This document shows positions 1-10,302 of a DNA stretch of 64,000 nucleotides, in pieces. Source of the stretch: an uncultured Verrucomicrobiae bacterium (GTDB taxonomy: Bacteria > Verrucomicrobiota > Verrucomicrobiia > Chthoniobacterales > JAATET01); the NCBI GenBank assembly GCA_963719495.1, contig CAVRCI010000013.1, forward strand, positions 448,001-512,000. Reading direction: 5' to 3'. The position numbers and the translations under genes were made by a program. Below the pieces are notes generated by a model. That model was not told the origin of the DNA. It was given only the letters and a program-made list of their open reading frames with translations, and made no database searches. Each line of letters opens with the position of its first letter. The stretch's first letter is position 1.

Positions 1-1
1 G

Positions 2-130
2 GGAGACCACATCGATCTCCGGGCCACCAAGGTTGGCGGAATGGCGGGCCTGCTCAACTTTGAAGTCGAGGCCACGGTCGGTGGTACCCGCGTCGCGCAC
101 GGCCAGATCGTGCTGAGCCAGCGCCCGTAG
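2..130 (+). CDS. 3' end of FabZ/FabA-like hotdog-fold dehydratase (partial)
   Basis: Manual translation GDHIDLRATKVGGMAGLLNFEVEATVGGTRVAHGQIVLSQRP* resembles the FabZ C-terminal strands; runs off window start. Confidence 0.5.
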   Translation, partial: GDHIDLRATKVGGMAGLLNFEVEATVGGTRVAHGQIVLSQRP

Positions 131-196
131 GCAGAGCGAGCGATCCGCGCACGCTGGCGGAGGACACCGCCCGAAACCACAGCGGGCCAGCCCCCT

Positions 197-1192
197 TCAA
201 CCAGCTTCGTCGCCAGCGTCCGGTGCCGGAGCCGCTTCCTGCTGCGACTGGACCTCCTTCTCCAGGAGTTCCCCCACTCGGTCGACCCACTTCGACGCGT
301 CGGGATGTTCGGGATTCGCCCGAATGAGGGTCAACATCTCGACCATCGCTCCACCCCGGTCATCCAGCACGTAGCGATCGTTCGCCCGCGACCAGTTCAG
401 CCGTGGGAGCCGTTTGCGATTGAAATCCGATTCGGGATCCTCGCGCTCGCGGTCGGACAGCAAGTTCTTCTCCATTTCGAGCTGGAGATCCCAAGTGTCG
501 GTGAGGCGCGCATCCTGATTCTCGCGGAGAATGGGCCGGATGGTTTTGTCGAGGATGGACTCCAGTTTGCCGGGTGCCATTTCCCAACCCGGCAGATCGG
601 CGAAGAGTGGCTCGATTCGGTAGGCCTTCGCGAAGGGCGCGCTGCTCAATGGCTCTTCGGTCAGCTGCTTGATCCGCTCTTGAAGCTGCTTTTTTTCGTC
701 TCTCTCTAGCCGGTCGTAATCCGGACTTGAATACAGCGCCTTGGCCGCAGCCGCCTCGCGGAGGTAGGCGACGATGGCCTCGAGGTTGGGTTCTCCCTCG
801 GGTCTGGCCGCGCGTTCGAGGGTCAATTGCAGGTATTTGAGGTGAAGTTGAGCCGCAGCCCGGAACGCGGTGTGACTGAGAATATTGGAAGCCGATTTGC
901 GCCAGTCCTGAAATCTCGAGGCGGCTCCGGGGCCGTTGCCGAATTGGTCGATGCGGACGGCGTCCACGTAGGCGTTTGAAGCCGCCAAGGGCGAGGCGGA
1001 GGCGGCCACGAGCTGCGACAGCGAGCGATTGAGCGCCGTCGTCCTTGCGGTGTCCTGGGATTCCCGGAGCGCGGTGAGTTGCTGGCGCAAGGAGTCCAGT
1101 TCGTTTGGAGTGAGCGGAGCCGATCCGGCCTGTGGCGAAGTCGCGACTGTCAGGAACAGGAATCCAAGGGCGGGGAATGCACGGGGGAACAT
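197..1192 (-). CDS. Hypothetical exported helical protein
   Basis: 331-aa ORF with signal-peptide-like N-terminus; no family recognised. Confidence 0.7.
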   Translation of the reverse strand: MFPRAFPALGFLFLTVATSPQAGSAPLTPNELDSLRQQLTALRESQDTARTTALNRSLSQLVAASASPLAASNAYVDAVRIDQFGNGPGAASRFQDWRKSASNILSHTAFRAAAQLHLKYLQLTLERAARPEGEPNLEAIVAYLREAAAAKALYSSPDYDRLERDEKKQLQERIKQLTEEPLSSAPFAKAYRIEPLFADLPGWEMAPGKLESILDKTIRPILRENQDARLTDTWDLQLEMEKNLLSDREREDPESDFNRKRLPRLNWSRANDRYVLDDRGGAMVEMLTLIRANPEHPDASKWVDRVGELLEKEVQSQQEAAPAPDAGDEAG

Positions 1193-1306
1193 GCGACCAC
1201 GCTGACTCCGTTTCTCCGAATTGTCCAGAGGTCGGCGGCTAGGCAGTCAAATCGAAGATCGATCATAAAAAATTGAATTTACGGACTGTTAGAATATAAA
1301 ATATGT

Positions 1307-2179
1307 ATGGATAGCCGACAACTCAGGTATTTTTTGGCGATTTGCGACGAGGGAACGTTCTCCGCCGCGGCCAGGCGGTTGGGTATTTCGCAGCCACCAC
1401 TCAGTTTTCAGATCAAGGCGTTCGAGCAGTCGATGGGAGTCCGATTATTCGACCGAAGTCACCGTAAGGCGACGCTGACGGCAGCGGGGTCCCAACTCCT
1501 CCCCGAAGCTCGCGAAATCATGCGGAGGATCGAATCCGCCGAGATGGCTTTGCGCGACGCGGGGGCGGGGCGGCAGGGCAACGTAAGCGTTGGTGTGGAG
1601 GACGGAGTACGATCAGAACTGTTGACCAAGCGCCTCCGAAAGTTTGCGCGGCGGCACCGCGGCGTTCGGCTCATAATTTCGATGCTAGACCGCAGCGTTA
1701 TCCAGGCTGGCGGCGATCGCTTCGACCTCATGATCGCGGGGTGCGTGGCCGGGGTCGACACTGGCGTTGGAAGAGTCATGGAATCGGTGGGCCTCGGATT
1801 GGCCCTTCCTCGCAAGCATCGGCTGGCTGGCCGGTCCAGCGTAGCCGCGACGGATCTGACCGGAGAGACGTTCATCCTGGAGTCGGCGGACGGATCCAGC
1901 TCGATCGACCGGGTTCTTCGAAAAGCCCTCCCGGGCGACGGCTTCACCTTCGACGATACTCAGATCCGCAGTCTCGAACAGCGTCTCTGGGCCGTGGGCG
2001 TGGGCTTGGGATTGAGTATCTGTAGCCGCGAAGAAGCCGAGGGAAGTCGTTGGCGGCTTCGATGGGTGCCGATCGAGCCAGCGCTGCCGCGCTGGGAAAC
2101 GCGGTTGATCGCAGGAAAGGCCAGCCGCGAAGCCGTCGTTCCTCTCCTGATTGACGAGCTCAGCAGCTCGCACGATTGA
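1307..2179 (+). CDS. LysR-family transcriptional regulator
   Basis: N-terminal HTH MDSRQLRYFLAI...FSAAARRLGISQPPLSFQIK; 290 aa. Confidence 0.95.
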   Translation: MDSRQLRYFLAICDEGTFSAAARRLGISQPPLSFQIKAFEQSMGVRLFDRSHRKATLTAAGSQLLPEAREIMRRIESAEMALRDAGAGRQGNVSVGVEDGVRSELLTKRLRKFARRHRGVRLIISMLDRSVIQAGGDRFDLMIAGCVAGVDTGVGRVMESVGLGLALPRKHRLAGRSSVAATDLTGETFILESADGSSSIDRVLRKALPGDGFTFDDTQIRSLEQRLWAVGVGLGLSICSREEAEGSRWRLRWVPIEPALPRWETRLIAGKASREAVVPLLIDELSSSHD

Positions 2180-2259
2180 TCCGAGCCATTGCAAAATTAA
2201 TCGAGTTAAAGCACTTCCATTCCAAAAAGGGAAAACCCCCCACTTGATTCGAATCTGCG

Positions 2260-4158
2260 CTACGAGCATGAATTCGAGGGCTCTCCCGCTGCGATTTCCT
2301 GTCGGCGAGCGCGTTCGATCCAAACGGCGAGCAACGCGAGATCGGCGGGAGTTACCCCGCTGATCCGGCCCGCCTGGCCCAGAGACCGAGGTTGAACGTC
2401 GGCCAACTTGTGGGCCGCCTCTCCTCTTAGACCTGGAAGGGCGGAGTAGTCGAAGCCAGGCGGGATCAGATCGTTTTCCGAGCGAGCCGCTCGGTCGATT
2501 TGTTCGCGTTGACGTCGGAGGTAACCGGCGTATTTCGTATCGTTTTGGACGGTAACCCAGACTTCTGCTGGAAATTTTCCTGAAAGTTCGCCTGGTAGGG
2601 CCTTCCAGTCGTTCTCCGGTCTTTTAAGCCAGGTTTCCAACGGGATCTGATCGAACCGGGTCGCCGTGAGTAACTGATCGAGTTCGCCAATCTGCGCGAT
2701 TTTTCTCCGGAAGGCGGCGGCTCGATCGGATGGCAGAAGCCCGGCGGCTTCGGCGATGCCGCTGAGCCGTCGATCCGCATTATCGTGCCGGAGGAGGAGG
2801 CGATGTTCCGCGCGGCTGGTGAACATCCGGTAGGGTTCCGGGGCACCCCGGGTCACGAGGTCGTCGATGAGGACTCCGATGTAGGCTTCGGAACGCCGGA
2901 GGATGATCGGGGACTCGCCCCGCGCGGCGGCGGCGGCGTTGACGCCGGCCATCAGTCCCTGGGCCGCGGCCTCTTCGTAACCGGAAGTCCCGTTGATCTG
3001 TCCGGCGAAGTAAAGTCCCGGGACGCGTTTGGTCTCCAAGGTGCCGTGGAGCTGGGTCGGCGGGCAGTAATCGTATTCAACCGCGTAGCCTGGTCGCAGG
3101 ATCTCCGCATCCTCGAGTCCTGGGACGCTGCGGATGAAGGCCAGCTGGACTTCGTAAGGGAGGCTGGTCGAAACGCCGTTGACGTAAATCTCGTCCGAAT
3201 GGCGGCCTTCCGGCTCCAAAAAGAGTTGATGACTCGATTTTTCGGCGAAACGGACCACTTTGTCCTCAATCGAAGGGCAGTAGCGGGGCCCGACTCCTTC
3301 AATGATCCCGGAATACATGGGTGAGAGATGGAGATTTTCTCGGATGATGTCGTGGGTTCGCTCGGTCGTGTGGGTCATCCAGCACGGGATTTGTTCCACG
3401 TGGAACTCGTCGTCTCGCCACTCATTCAGCGTGAACAGTTCCTCCGAACGGCGATTGAATTTTGAGAAGCCGAAGACCTGGGGACGCTCATCCCCGTCCT
3501 GACGCAAACACTGTCCGAAATCGATGCTGCTCGCAAGAAGCCGACACGGCGTGCCGGTCTTGAACCGCCCCACCTCGAACCCAAGCTCTCGCAAGGAATC
3601 GCTGAACGTTGAAACCGAATCGCCAAGCCGGCCCCCAGCTTGGTTCCGCATCCCGACGTGGAGGAGTCCTCGCATGAACGTTCCCGTGGTGACAATCACG
3701 GTCTTCCCGCGGAAGATCACGCCCATCGTCGTCTCGACCCCGACGACCCGGTCGGCCTCGACGAGCAAACCGCCGACGTTCGCCTGCTTGACGTCCAGAT
3801 TTTGGTAGCGTTCGAGCGTTGTCTTAAGACGGAATTGATAGGCTTTCTTGTCGCACTGGGCTCGCGGTGCCTGGACGCTCGGGCCCTTGCGGGCGTTCAA
3901 AAGACGGAATTGAATGCCGGTCGCGTCGGTGTTTTCACCCATGAGACCGCCGAGTGCGTCGATTTCGCGGACCATGTGCCCCTTTGCCAGCCCGCCAATC
4001 GCGGGGTTACAGGACATCTGACCAATGGTGTCGGCATTTTGGGTGAGCATGAGAGTTGCCGCGCCCTTTCGCGCCGCCGCCGCCGCCGCTTCGGCACCGG
4101 CGTGGCCCGCTCCAATGACGATCACGTCGAAATTCTTCGGATAACGAAACGAATTCAT
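2260..4158 (-). CDS. mnmG: tRNA uridine-5-carboxymethylaminomethyl modification enzyme MnmG (GidA)
   Basis: [36 protein letters not shown] and [17 protein letters not shown] motifs. Confidence 0.98.
   Translation of the reverse strand: MNSFRYPKNFDVIVIGAGHAGAEAAAAAARKGAATLMLTQNADTIGQMSCNPAIGGLAKGHMVREIDALGGLMGENTDATGIQFRLLNARKGPSVQAPRAQCDKKAYQFRLKTTLERYQNLDVKQANVGGLLVEADRVVGVETTMGVIFRGKTVIVTTGTFMRGLLHVGMRNQAGGRLGDSVSTFSDSLRELGFEVGRFKTGTPCRLLASSIDFGQCLRQDGDERPQVFGFSKFNRRSEELFTLNEWRDDEFHVEQIPCWMTHTTERTHDIIRENLHLSPMYSGIIEGVGPRYCPSIEDKVVRFAEKSSHQLFLEPEGRHSDEIYVNGVSTSLPYEVQLAFIRSVPGLEDAEILRPGYAVEYDYCPPTQLHGTLETKRVPGLYFAGQINGTSGYEEAAAQGLMAGVNAAAAARGESPIILRRSEAYIGVLIDDLVTRGAPEPYRMFTSRAEHRLLLRHDNADRRLSGIAEAAGLLPSDRAAAFRRKIAQIGELDQLLTATRFDQIPLETWLKRPENDWKALPGELSGKFPAEVWVTVQNDTKYAGYLRRQREQIDRAARSENDLIPPGFDYSALPGLRGEAAHKLADVQPRSLGQAGRISGVTPADLALLAVWIERARRQEIAAGEPSNSCS
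3392..3407. promoter_or_regulatory. parS-like centromere site inside mnmG
   Basis: TGTTCCACGTGGAACT; 14-bp perfect palindrome matching the parS consensus TGTTNCACGTGAAACA. Confidence 0.8.
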
Positions 4159-4164
4159 GGTCGA

Positions 4165-4180
4165 AGTTCCACGTGGAACA
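4165..4180. promoter_or_regulatory. parS-like centromere site between cdd and mnmG
   Basis: AGTTCCACGTGGAACA, the exact reverse complement of the 3392 site. Confidence 0.85.
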
Positions 4181-4182
4181 AA

Positions 4183-4578
4183 TCAGGTCCGATCCAGAAT
4201 CCCGGTGGAAGCCCGCGGCAGGAGTTGGTCCAGACGGAACTCCTCGCTCCTCCCGTCCACCGTTACCAGAACGACCCGCAGATTGGGGGCGAATTCCGCG
4301 AGAACCTGCCGACAGGCCCCGCACGGACTGACCGGCAACTCGGTGTCAGCGACAACCACAATGCAGTCGAAGTCGGTCTCTCCAGCGGCCACGGCGCTTC
4401 CGACCGCCACTCGTTCGGCGCAAATCGTGAGCCCGAAACTCAAGTTTTCGACGTTGGCCCCGGTGAACGTTCGCCCGGACGCCGTTCGCAGCACAGCCCC
4501 GACGCGAAACTTCGAATACGGTGCGTAAGCGTGCTCCCGGGCCGCCAAGGCAAATTCGGTCAGTTGTTGGTCGTTCAT
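4183..4578 (-). CDS. cdd: Cytidine deaminase (homotetrameric type)
   Basis: AYAPYSKFRVGA, GANVEN, CAERVA, PCGACRQ. Confidence 0.96.
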   Translation of the reverse strand: MNDQQLTEFALAAREHAYAPYSKFRVGAVLRTASGRTFTGANVENLSFGLTICAERVAVGSAVAAGETDFDCIVVVADTELPVSPCGACRQVLAEFAPNLRVVLVTVDGRSEEFRLDQLLPRASTGILDRT

Positions 4579-5095
4579 GGCATAAAATTTAGACGGCTCG
4601 GCGCTTTTCAGGATATCGGATGCGGCGGCTGCGACCGGACCCATGATCCGAAAGGGTAGCCTAATCCACCGCTCGCGTCGAAGGAGAGAATCGAGGCCGA
4701 CAAATCAAGCGGATTCCAGTCGAGAATTGCCGCAGCGACACCGAGTTTGCTTCGACGCCTGGATTGATGGGAAAATTGAGAGCGAGATGTCCAGATTTGG
4801 CACCAGAGCACGGTGACGGCGAGGCGAGCCGGGGGAAGAGAACTCGTCCCAGCCTCGAAATCGGCGGAGGAGACGTCCCGATGGCTTATTTGCCGGCATG
4901 CGGCATAAATTTAAAACACTGACCCGCAACGAGTTACAAAGCATTCACGATAATTTGAAAATCCTCGCGGAAACCTCCCGCATCTGTCGCTCGGTCGGAG
5001 TCAATCCGTCTTCCGCCCGGGGAAAGGGTCTCGGAGGACCACGGCGACCATCCGTAACGGGAACTGAGCGAGTTGGGCGCGCGGATCCCATCAGT

Positions 5096-5255
5096 CTAAA
5101 TCCGGGAATGGACACGATTTGCAAGATTGAAAGGATTGAATTTCAGTCACTTCGAACCAGTCCCCGAGTCTGCCGCTACCCCAAAATGAGAACTGCTGGG
5201 AAACGCTCCGGTGAGGTTTTGCTGTTAATCTTTTAAATCCTGTCTCAATTTTCTT
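5096..5255 (-). repeat. ~160-bp dispersed MITE-like repeat, copy 1
   Basis: Both ends align to the reverse complement of 52101-52257; middle diverged. Confidence 0.7.
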
Positions 5256-5480
5256 CCAAGGATGGGTCGATCAGGGCGAAGCGACCCTCGTTCGGCGGGG
5301 CAACTTGCGGAGCCGTTGAAAAACTCGGCAGCAAGCCGAGCGGCGCAATCTGGTCCGCCTGCATTCCAAGTCCGGTCGAGCCGGGCTCCGAATCGCGGGT
5401 CTCCGGCGCATTCCTCGAGCCTCGGGCCTCGACCGATGAAGGAGAAGCCTCGGAGTCTGTCGCGGTTTTGGTTTCCGGAC

Positions 5481-6830
5481 CTAGAACAACATCAAGGCCG
5501 GGTTCTCGACCAGGCGGCGGAGGGAGGTCATGAACTCGGCTCCGACGGCTCCGTCGACGACGCGGTGATCGCCAGAGAGCGAGATACTCATCCGCTGGCC
5601 TACGACGATCTCGTCCTTCCCGTTGACGACGGGCTTTTTCACGATGGCTCCAACGGCGAGGATCGCCGACTGCGGCGGGTTCACGATGGCGTAGAATTGC
5701 TCGATGCCGTAGCTACCGAGGTTGGAGACGGTGACCGTGCCGCCGGTGTAGTCTTCGGGCTTGAGCTTTTTGCTTCGTGCCTTGCCGGCGAGGTCTTTCA
5801 CCAGAGCGCTGATCTCGCGCAGCGAGAGTTTGTCGGCTCCACGAAGGACGGGCGTGATCAGACCGTCGTCGACGGCCACGGCCACGGCGACGTTCACACT
5901 GTCGTACTGCATGACGTGGTCGCCACCCCAAGCGGCGTTGACCTTCGGGTTCTGCGCGGCGGCGTGGGCGACGGCGAGGAGGATGAAATCGTTGACCGTT
6001 GTCTTCGGGAGATCGGCCGCTTCGTTGGCGGTGTTCACCTCCTTGCGCAGACGCATGAGCGGACCGGCGTCGACTTCGATGGTGAGGTAGAAATGCGGAA
6101 TCTGCGTTTTGCTCGCGAGGAGGCGCTCGGCGATGACGCGGCGCATGCCGGAGAGTTCGATTCGTTTTTCGTCGCCTCCGGTGGATTCGAGTTTAATGGC
6201 AGCCGCGGCTGGCGCGGATGGTGAAGCGCCCGCGGTGCTGGTCGAGTCCGGGCCTTTCTTCGCATGTTCATCGACGTCTTTGGCAACGATGCGACCACCT
6301 GGGCCGGTGCCGGTCACTTCCGCGAGATCGACACCTTTGGCGGCGGCGATCTTCTTCGCCAGTGGAGAGGCTTTGACGCGGTCACCGGATTTTTTTCCCT
6401 TCTCGGTTTTGACGGCCTCAGGTTCAGCACCCTCGGGAGTCTTCGCGGAGTATTCGCGGTCTTCCTTGCCCGACTTTTCGTCGGTTGCTTTCGGAGTATC
6501 CTCCTCAGATTTCTTCGGCTGTTTGGATTCGACCGGTTTCTCGTCCTTCGATTTGGCTGAATCGTTAGCGGCGTCACCTTCCTCGTCTTCGTCGTCCTCC
6601 GACGCGATCTGCGCGATTTTGTCACCGATTTTGACCTTGTCGCCTTCCTTGACGAAGAGCTTGGAGAGCGTGCCTTCGTCGAAGGCCTCCATTTCCATGG
6701 TCGCTTTGTCGGTTTCGATTTCGGCAAGGATGTCGCCCATTTCGATGGCGTCGCCTTCTTTCTTGAGCCACTTGACGAGGGTTCCCTCGGTCATCGTGTC
6801 GCTCAACTTGGGCATGTTGATTACGGGCAT
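5481..6830 (-). CDS. pdhC: Pyruvate dehydrogenase E2 dihydrolipoamide acetyltransferase
   Basis: Lipoyl motif [11 protein letters not shown]3-binding ASPLAKKIA, catalytic DHRVVDG. Confidence 0.96.
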   Translation of the reverse strand: MPVINMPKLSDTMTEGTLVKWLKKEGDAIEMGDILAEIETDKATMEMEAFDEGTLSKLFVKEGDKVKIGDKIAQIASEDDEDEEGDAANDSAKSKDEKPVESKQPKKSEEDTPKATDEKSGKEDREYSAKTPEGAEPEAVKTEKGKKSGDRVKASPLAKKIAAAKGVDLAEVTGTGPGGRIVAKDVDEHAKKGPDSTSTAGASPSAPAAAAIKLESTGGDEKRIELSGMRRVIAERLLASKTQIPHFYLTIEVDAGPLMRLRKEVNTANEAADLPKTTVNDFILLAVAHAAAQNPKVNAAWGGDHVMQYDSVNVAVAVAVDDGLITPVLRGADKLSLREISALVKDLAGKARSKKLKPEDYTGGTVTVSNLGSYGIEQFYAIVNPPQSAILAVGAIVKKPVVNGKDEIVVGQRMSISLSGDHRVVDGAVGAEFMTSLRRLVENPALMLF

Positions 6831-6890
6831 CTTTTCGGAAAATTAGAAATTTGAAATGGGGAATGAGAAATGGTGAGAGCGCTTTCGCCC

Positions 6891-7865
6891 TTAGAGGATC
6901 GAGAGGGCTTTTTCGACCATGCGCTCGATGGTGGGGATTTGTTGTTCTTCGACGGGCATGCTGTAGATCGCCGGAGCGTCGAGGGTGCAGACGCGGCGGA
7001 TCGGGGCGTCGAGTTCGTCGAAGACCTTTTCCTGAATCATGGTCGCAATCTGGGCCGATGTCCCGCAGAACGGTTTGTTCTCGTCGACGAGGACGACCCG
7101 GTGCGTTTTCGTCACGGAATCCAGAATGGCCTGCTCGTCGAGCGGGCGCAGGGAACGGAGGTCGATGACGTCGGCCTGGATGCCGTGTTCGGACTCGAGC
7201 TGCTCGGCGGCGGCGAGCGCGGTCAGGATCGATCGACCATGGCCGATGAAGGAGAGGTCGGATCCTTCACGCTTCCGGTCCGCAACGCCGAGCGGGATGA
7301 GATATTCCTCTTCGGGGACCTCGCCCTTGTGACCGTAGAGCACGGTGTTTTCCATGAACATGACCGGATCATTGTCGCGGATGGCCGTCTTCATGAGGCC
7401 CTTGGCGTCGTAGGCCGTCGCGGCGCTCACGACTTTGAGACCGGGGACGCCGGCGAGCCAGTTTTCCGGGGTGTGCGAGTGGGTGGCACCCACGTTCGTT
7501 CCGGCGTTGGCCGGGCCGCGGATGACGATGGGGCAATTGATGAGGCCGCCGCTCATGTAGCGGACCTGGGCGGCGTTGTTGACGATCTGATCCCACGCGA
7601 CGGTCGAGAAGCTCCAAAACATGAGCTCCATCACGGGGCGGATGCCGAGCATGCTGGCACCGACACCCATGCCGATGAAGGCCGCTTCACTGATGGGGGT
7701 GTCGACGACGCGTTTGTCGCCGAATCGTTCCCACAGACCACGGGTCACTTTGTAGGCACCGTCGTATTCGGCCACTTCCTCACCAATGAGCACGACGTTC
7801 TCGTCGCGCTCGAGTTCTTCGGCGAAGGCTTGGTTGAGGGCGTCGCGGTATTCGATGAGTGCCAT
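6891..7865 (-). CDS. pdhB: Pyruvate dehydrogenase E1 beta subunit
   Basis: GEEVAEYDGAYKVT, DTPISE; operon context. Confidence 0.96.
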   Translation of the reverse strand: MALIEYRDALNQAFAEELERDENVVLIGEEVAEYDGAYKVTRGLWERFGDKRVVDTPISEAAFIGMGVGASMLGIRPVMELMFWSFSTVAWDQIVNNAAQVRYMSGGLINCPIVIRGPANAGTNVGATHSHTPENWLAGVPGLKVVSAATAYDAKGLMKTAIRDNDPVMFMENTVLYGHKGEVPEEEYLIPLGVADRKREGSDLSFIGHGRSILTALAAAEQLESEHGIQADVIDLRSLRPLDEQAILDSVTKTHRVVLVDENKPFCGTSAQIATMIQEKVFDELDAPIRRVCTLDAPAIYSMPVEEQQIPTIERMVEKALSIL

Positions 7866-8001
7866 GGTGGGTTGGTCGGAAGGTCTGTGGGTCGATGGTT
7901 GGAAGATCTCGAAGTGGGAAGGTCGAAGTGGGGAATGCCCGCCTCAATCGCACCAGCGATTCTGAACTGACTTCCCGACTTTGGACTTTGGGCCCATCGC
8001 T

Positions 8002-9093
8002 TCAGTCGTTGAAGAAGTGTCGGCCGGTCTTTCCGGCTTCGGTGCCGTGGTCGACTTCGTAGTAAACGTCTTCGAAGAGATTATCGAGGGTCGGGAAGTC
8101 ACTCTTTTCGGCGAATTTCACCGCGGCCATCGCTTCCTTCCGGGAGGCCTTGTCCATGGCGTCGGCTTCTTCTTCGGTGAGGTGTCCCTCTTCGATGATG
8201 CGGTTGCGCCAGAGTTGGATCGGGTCGTGGGATTCCTTGTATTGGTCGATCTCGTCGGACGAGCGGTAGCCGCCCTTGTGTTTGGCGTCGGCAACTGAGT
8301 GTCCGTAGTAGCGGTAGGTGTCGACCTCGAGGACGGTCGGCCGGCTCTCGGCGTGGGCGCGGTCGATGGCGATCTGCGTCTTGGCGCGGAGTTCGTAGAT
8401 GTCCTGGCCATTCGCGATGTCCCAGATGATCCCGTAAGCGTCGGCCCGCTCGGCGAGGCAATTCTTGATGGCCGAAGAGCGCTCGAGGCTCGTTCCCATG
8501 GAGTACCGGTTGTTTTCGATCACGTAGATCACGGGAAGATCCCAGAGGGCCGCCAGGTTGAGGGACTCGTGGTAGACGCCTTGATTGATCGCGCCGTCTC
8601 CCAGAAAACAAAGGCAACATCCGCGCTGCTCCTTGTATTTGACCGCGTAGGCGAGACCGAGGCCGAGGGGCGTCTGACCGGCAACGATCCCGTGGCCGCC
8701 CCAGTAATTTTTATCCGGCGCGAAGAAGTGCATCGATCCACCCTTCCCCTTGGAGCAACCCGTGATCTTGCCGAAGAGCTCGGCCATGCATTCGTCCATC
8801 GTCATGCCGACGGCGAGGGCGTGGCCGTGGTCGCGGTAGGCGGTGATGAGGTGGTCGTGCTCGCCCATGAGCGATGCGGTGGCGACGGCGACGGACTCCT
8901 GGCCAACGTAAAGGTGGAGAAACCCACCCATCTTGCCCTCGTTGTAGTATTTGAGGGCCATCCGCTCGAAACTGCGGATGCGGAACATTTCGCGGAGGAA
9001 CCCGACCTTGTCTTCCGGCGAGAGAGAAGCGTTGATTCGCGCGGAGGCGTAGTCAATCGGGCTGACTTCAGTTTCGACGTCGGACTCGGTCAT
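8002..9093 (-). CDS. pdhA: Pyruvate dehydrogenase E1 alpha subunit
   Basis: GFLHLYVGQE, GKGGSMH, TPP motif GDGA...NN, TYRYYGHS; start chosen at ATG 9093. Confidence 0.96.
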   Translation of the reverse strand: MTESDVETEVSPIDYASARINASLSPEDKVGFLREMFRIRSFERMALKYYNEGKMGGFLHLYVGQESVAVATASLMGEHDHLITAYRDHGHALAVGMTMDECMAELFGKITGCSKGKGGSMHFFAPDKNYWGGHGIVAGQTPLGLGLAYAVKYKEQRGCCLCFLGDGAINQGVYHESLNLAALWDLPVIYVIENNRYSMGTSLERSSAIKNCLAERADAYGIIWDIANGQDIYELRAKTQIAIDRAHAESRPTVLEVDTYRYYGHSVADAKHKGGYRSSDEIDQYKESHDPIQLWRNRIIEEGHLTEEEADAMDKASRKEAMAAVKFAEKSDFPTLDNLFEDVYYEVDHGTEAGKTGRHFFND

Positions 9094-9303
9094 GCGCGGC
9101 TCAAAGGAAAGGATCAGGTGTCGGGATGAATCGGCCAAGCCTGGTCGCCCGGCTTAGTCGGATGATTCGAAATACTCCACGAGCCTTCCAGCGTTGGCAA
9201 TGGTGAAAATGTCGCGGGAATCCGGTGACTCCCCGTCATCCAGAGCCTCGCGGGCCGAGTCCACGCGGGCCGTGGCCGGGTCCGACCCGTCAGCGGAGAG
9301 AAA

Positions 9304-9618
9304 TCACCACTTCTCCACGAGGAGGGTGAGATCGCCGACCAGCGAGTCGATCTTCTTGAGATCCTTACGGCGGCCTTTTTCCGGATTGATCGCGAGTTTC
9401 CGCAGCAGGGTGGTCATGTCACGGAGGTCGTGCAGTTTGGCCGTTGGAACTTTTTTCCGGTTCGACTGCTTGTCGACCGTCGCCCGGACGTCTTCGATCT
9501 CCGATTCCAGACGTTGCGAATAGGCCCCAATCACCGTGCGAAGATTGTTTTTGAGGGTCTCGAGCTCTTCGGCGACCGCTTTCATCGGCGACGCCTCCAC
9601 GGGTGGTTTGGATTTCAT
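9304..9618 (-). CDS. Small hypothetical helical protein
   Basis: 104-aa ORF with normal coding composition, upstream of pdhA. Confidence 0.7.
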   Translation of the reverse strand: MKSKPPVEASPMKAVAEELETLKNNLRTVIGAYSQRLESEIEDVRATVDKQSNRKKVPTAKLHDLRDMTTLLRKLAINPEKGRRKDLKKIDSLVGDLTLLVEKW

Positions 9619-9692
9619 CCTGTCACTAATGAACCACGGCGGCCGCCGAGACGCAAGGTCACCAGGACGGGGTCGCTTGGAGTCTTACCCTC

Positions 9693-9794
9693 AAAAGAAT
9701 CGTGAGACGGGATTTACACGAGTAACGGGATGATCGGGGGATGATCGGGTATGACCTACCAGGCGGCGATCGGTCACCCTGTCAGTGAGCGGGG
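9693..9794 (+). repeat. Dispersed MITE-like repeat, copy 2 (truncated)
   Basis: AAAAGAA..TGAGACGGGATT..TAACGGGATGATC..TCACCCTGTCAGTGAGCGGGG aligns with 52101-52190. Confidence 0.65.
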
Positions 9795-10287
9795 GCTGGG
9801 TGAGCGTGGGATGCGATCACGACACCTCCGAATTTGCCGCGGAAAGCATCCGGCGTTGGTGGCGCAAGATGGGCTCGGCCCGATATCCCGCAGCCCACCG
9901 TCTCCTCATCACCGCCGACGGAGGGGGCGGCAAAAGTTTCCGATGCCACCTTTGGAAGTGGTGCCTGGCGCGGTTGAGCGCGGAGATCGGAGTGGAGATC
10001 AGCGTCTACCACTTCCCTCCGGCCACCAGCAAGTGGAACAAGATCGAGCATCGGCCTTTCTGTCACATCACCCAGAACTGGCGGGGCAAAGCCCTCGTCA
10101 GCCACGAAGTCGTCGTCGAACTCATTGCTGCGAAACCACCCGGGCTGGCCTCGAAGTCAGGGCCGAGGCCGATCAATCGCACTATCAAACCAAGCTCAAA
10201 CCCACCCCCGAGCAAATGGCCTCCATCCGCATGACCCGCAATGATTTTCACGGGGAATGGTATTACACCATCAGCCCTCCACCCTGA
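9794..10287 (+). pseudogene. ISAzo13-family transposase C-terminal remnant, frameshifted
   Basis: GWVSVGCDHDTSEFAAESIRRWW, LLITADGGG, HFPPATSKWNKIEHR, then NDFHGEWYYTISP in another frame; N-terminus absent. Confidence 0.85.
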
Positions 10288-10302
10288 CCCAAGGTGCGCC
10301 GA

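Noticed and set aside
4600..5480. oriC call
   Set aside because: No recognisable DnaA boxes; the short ORFs here also look spurious
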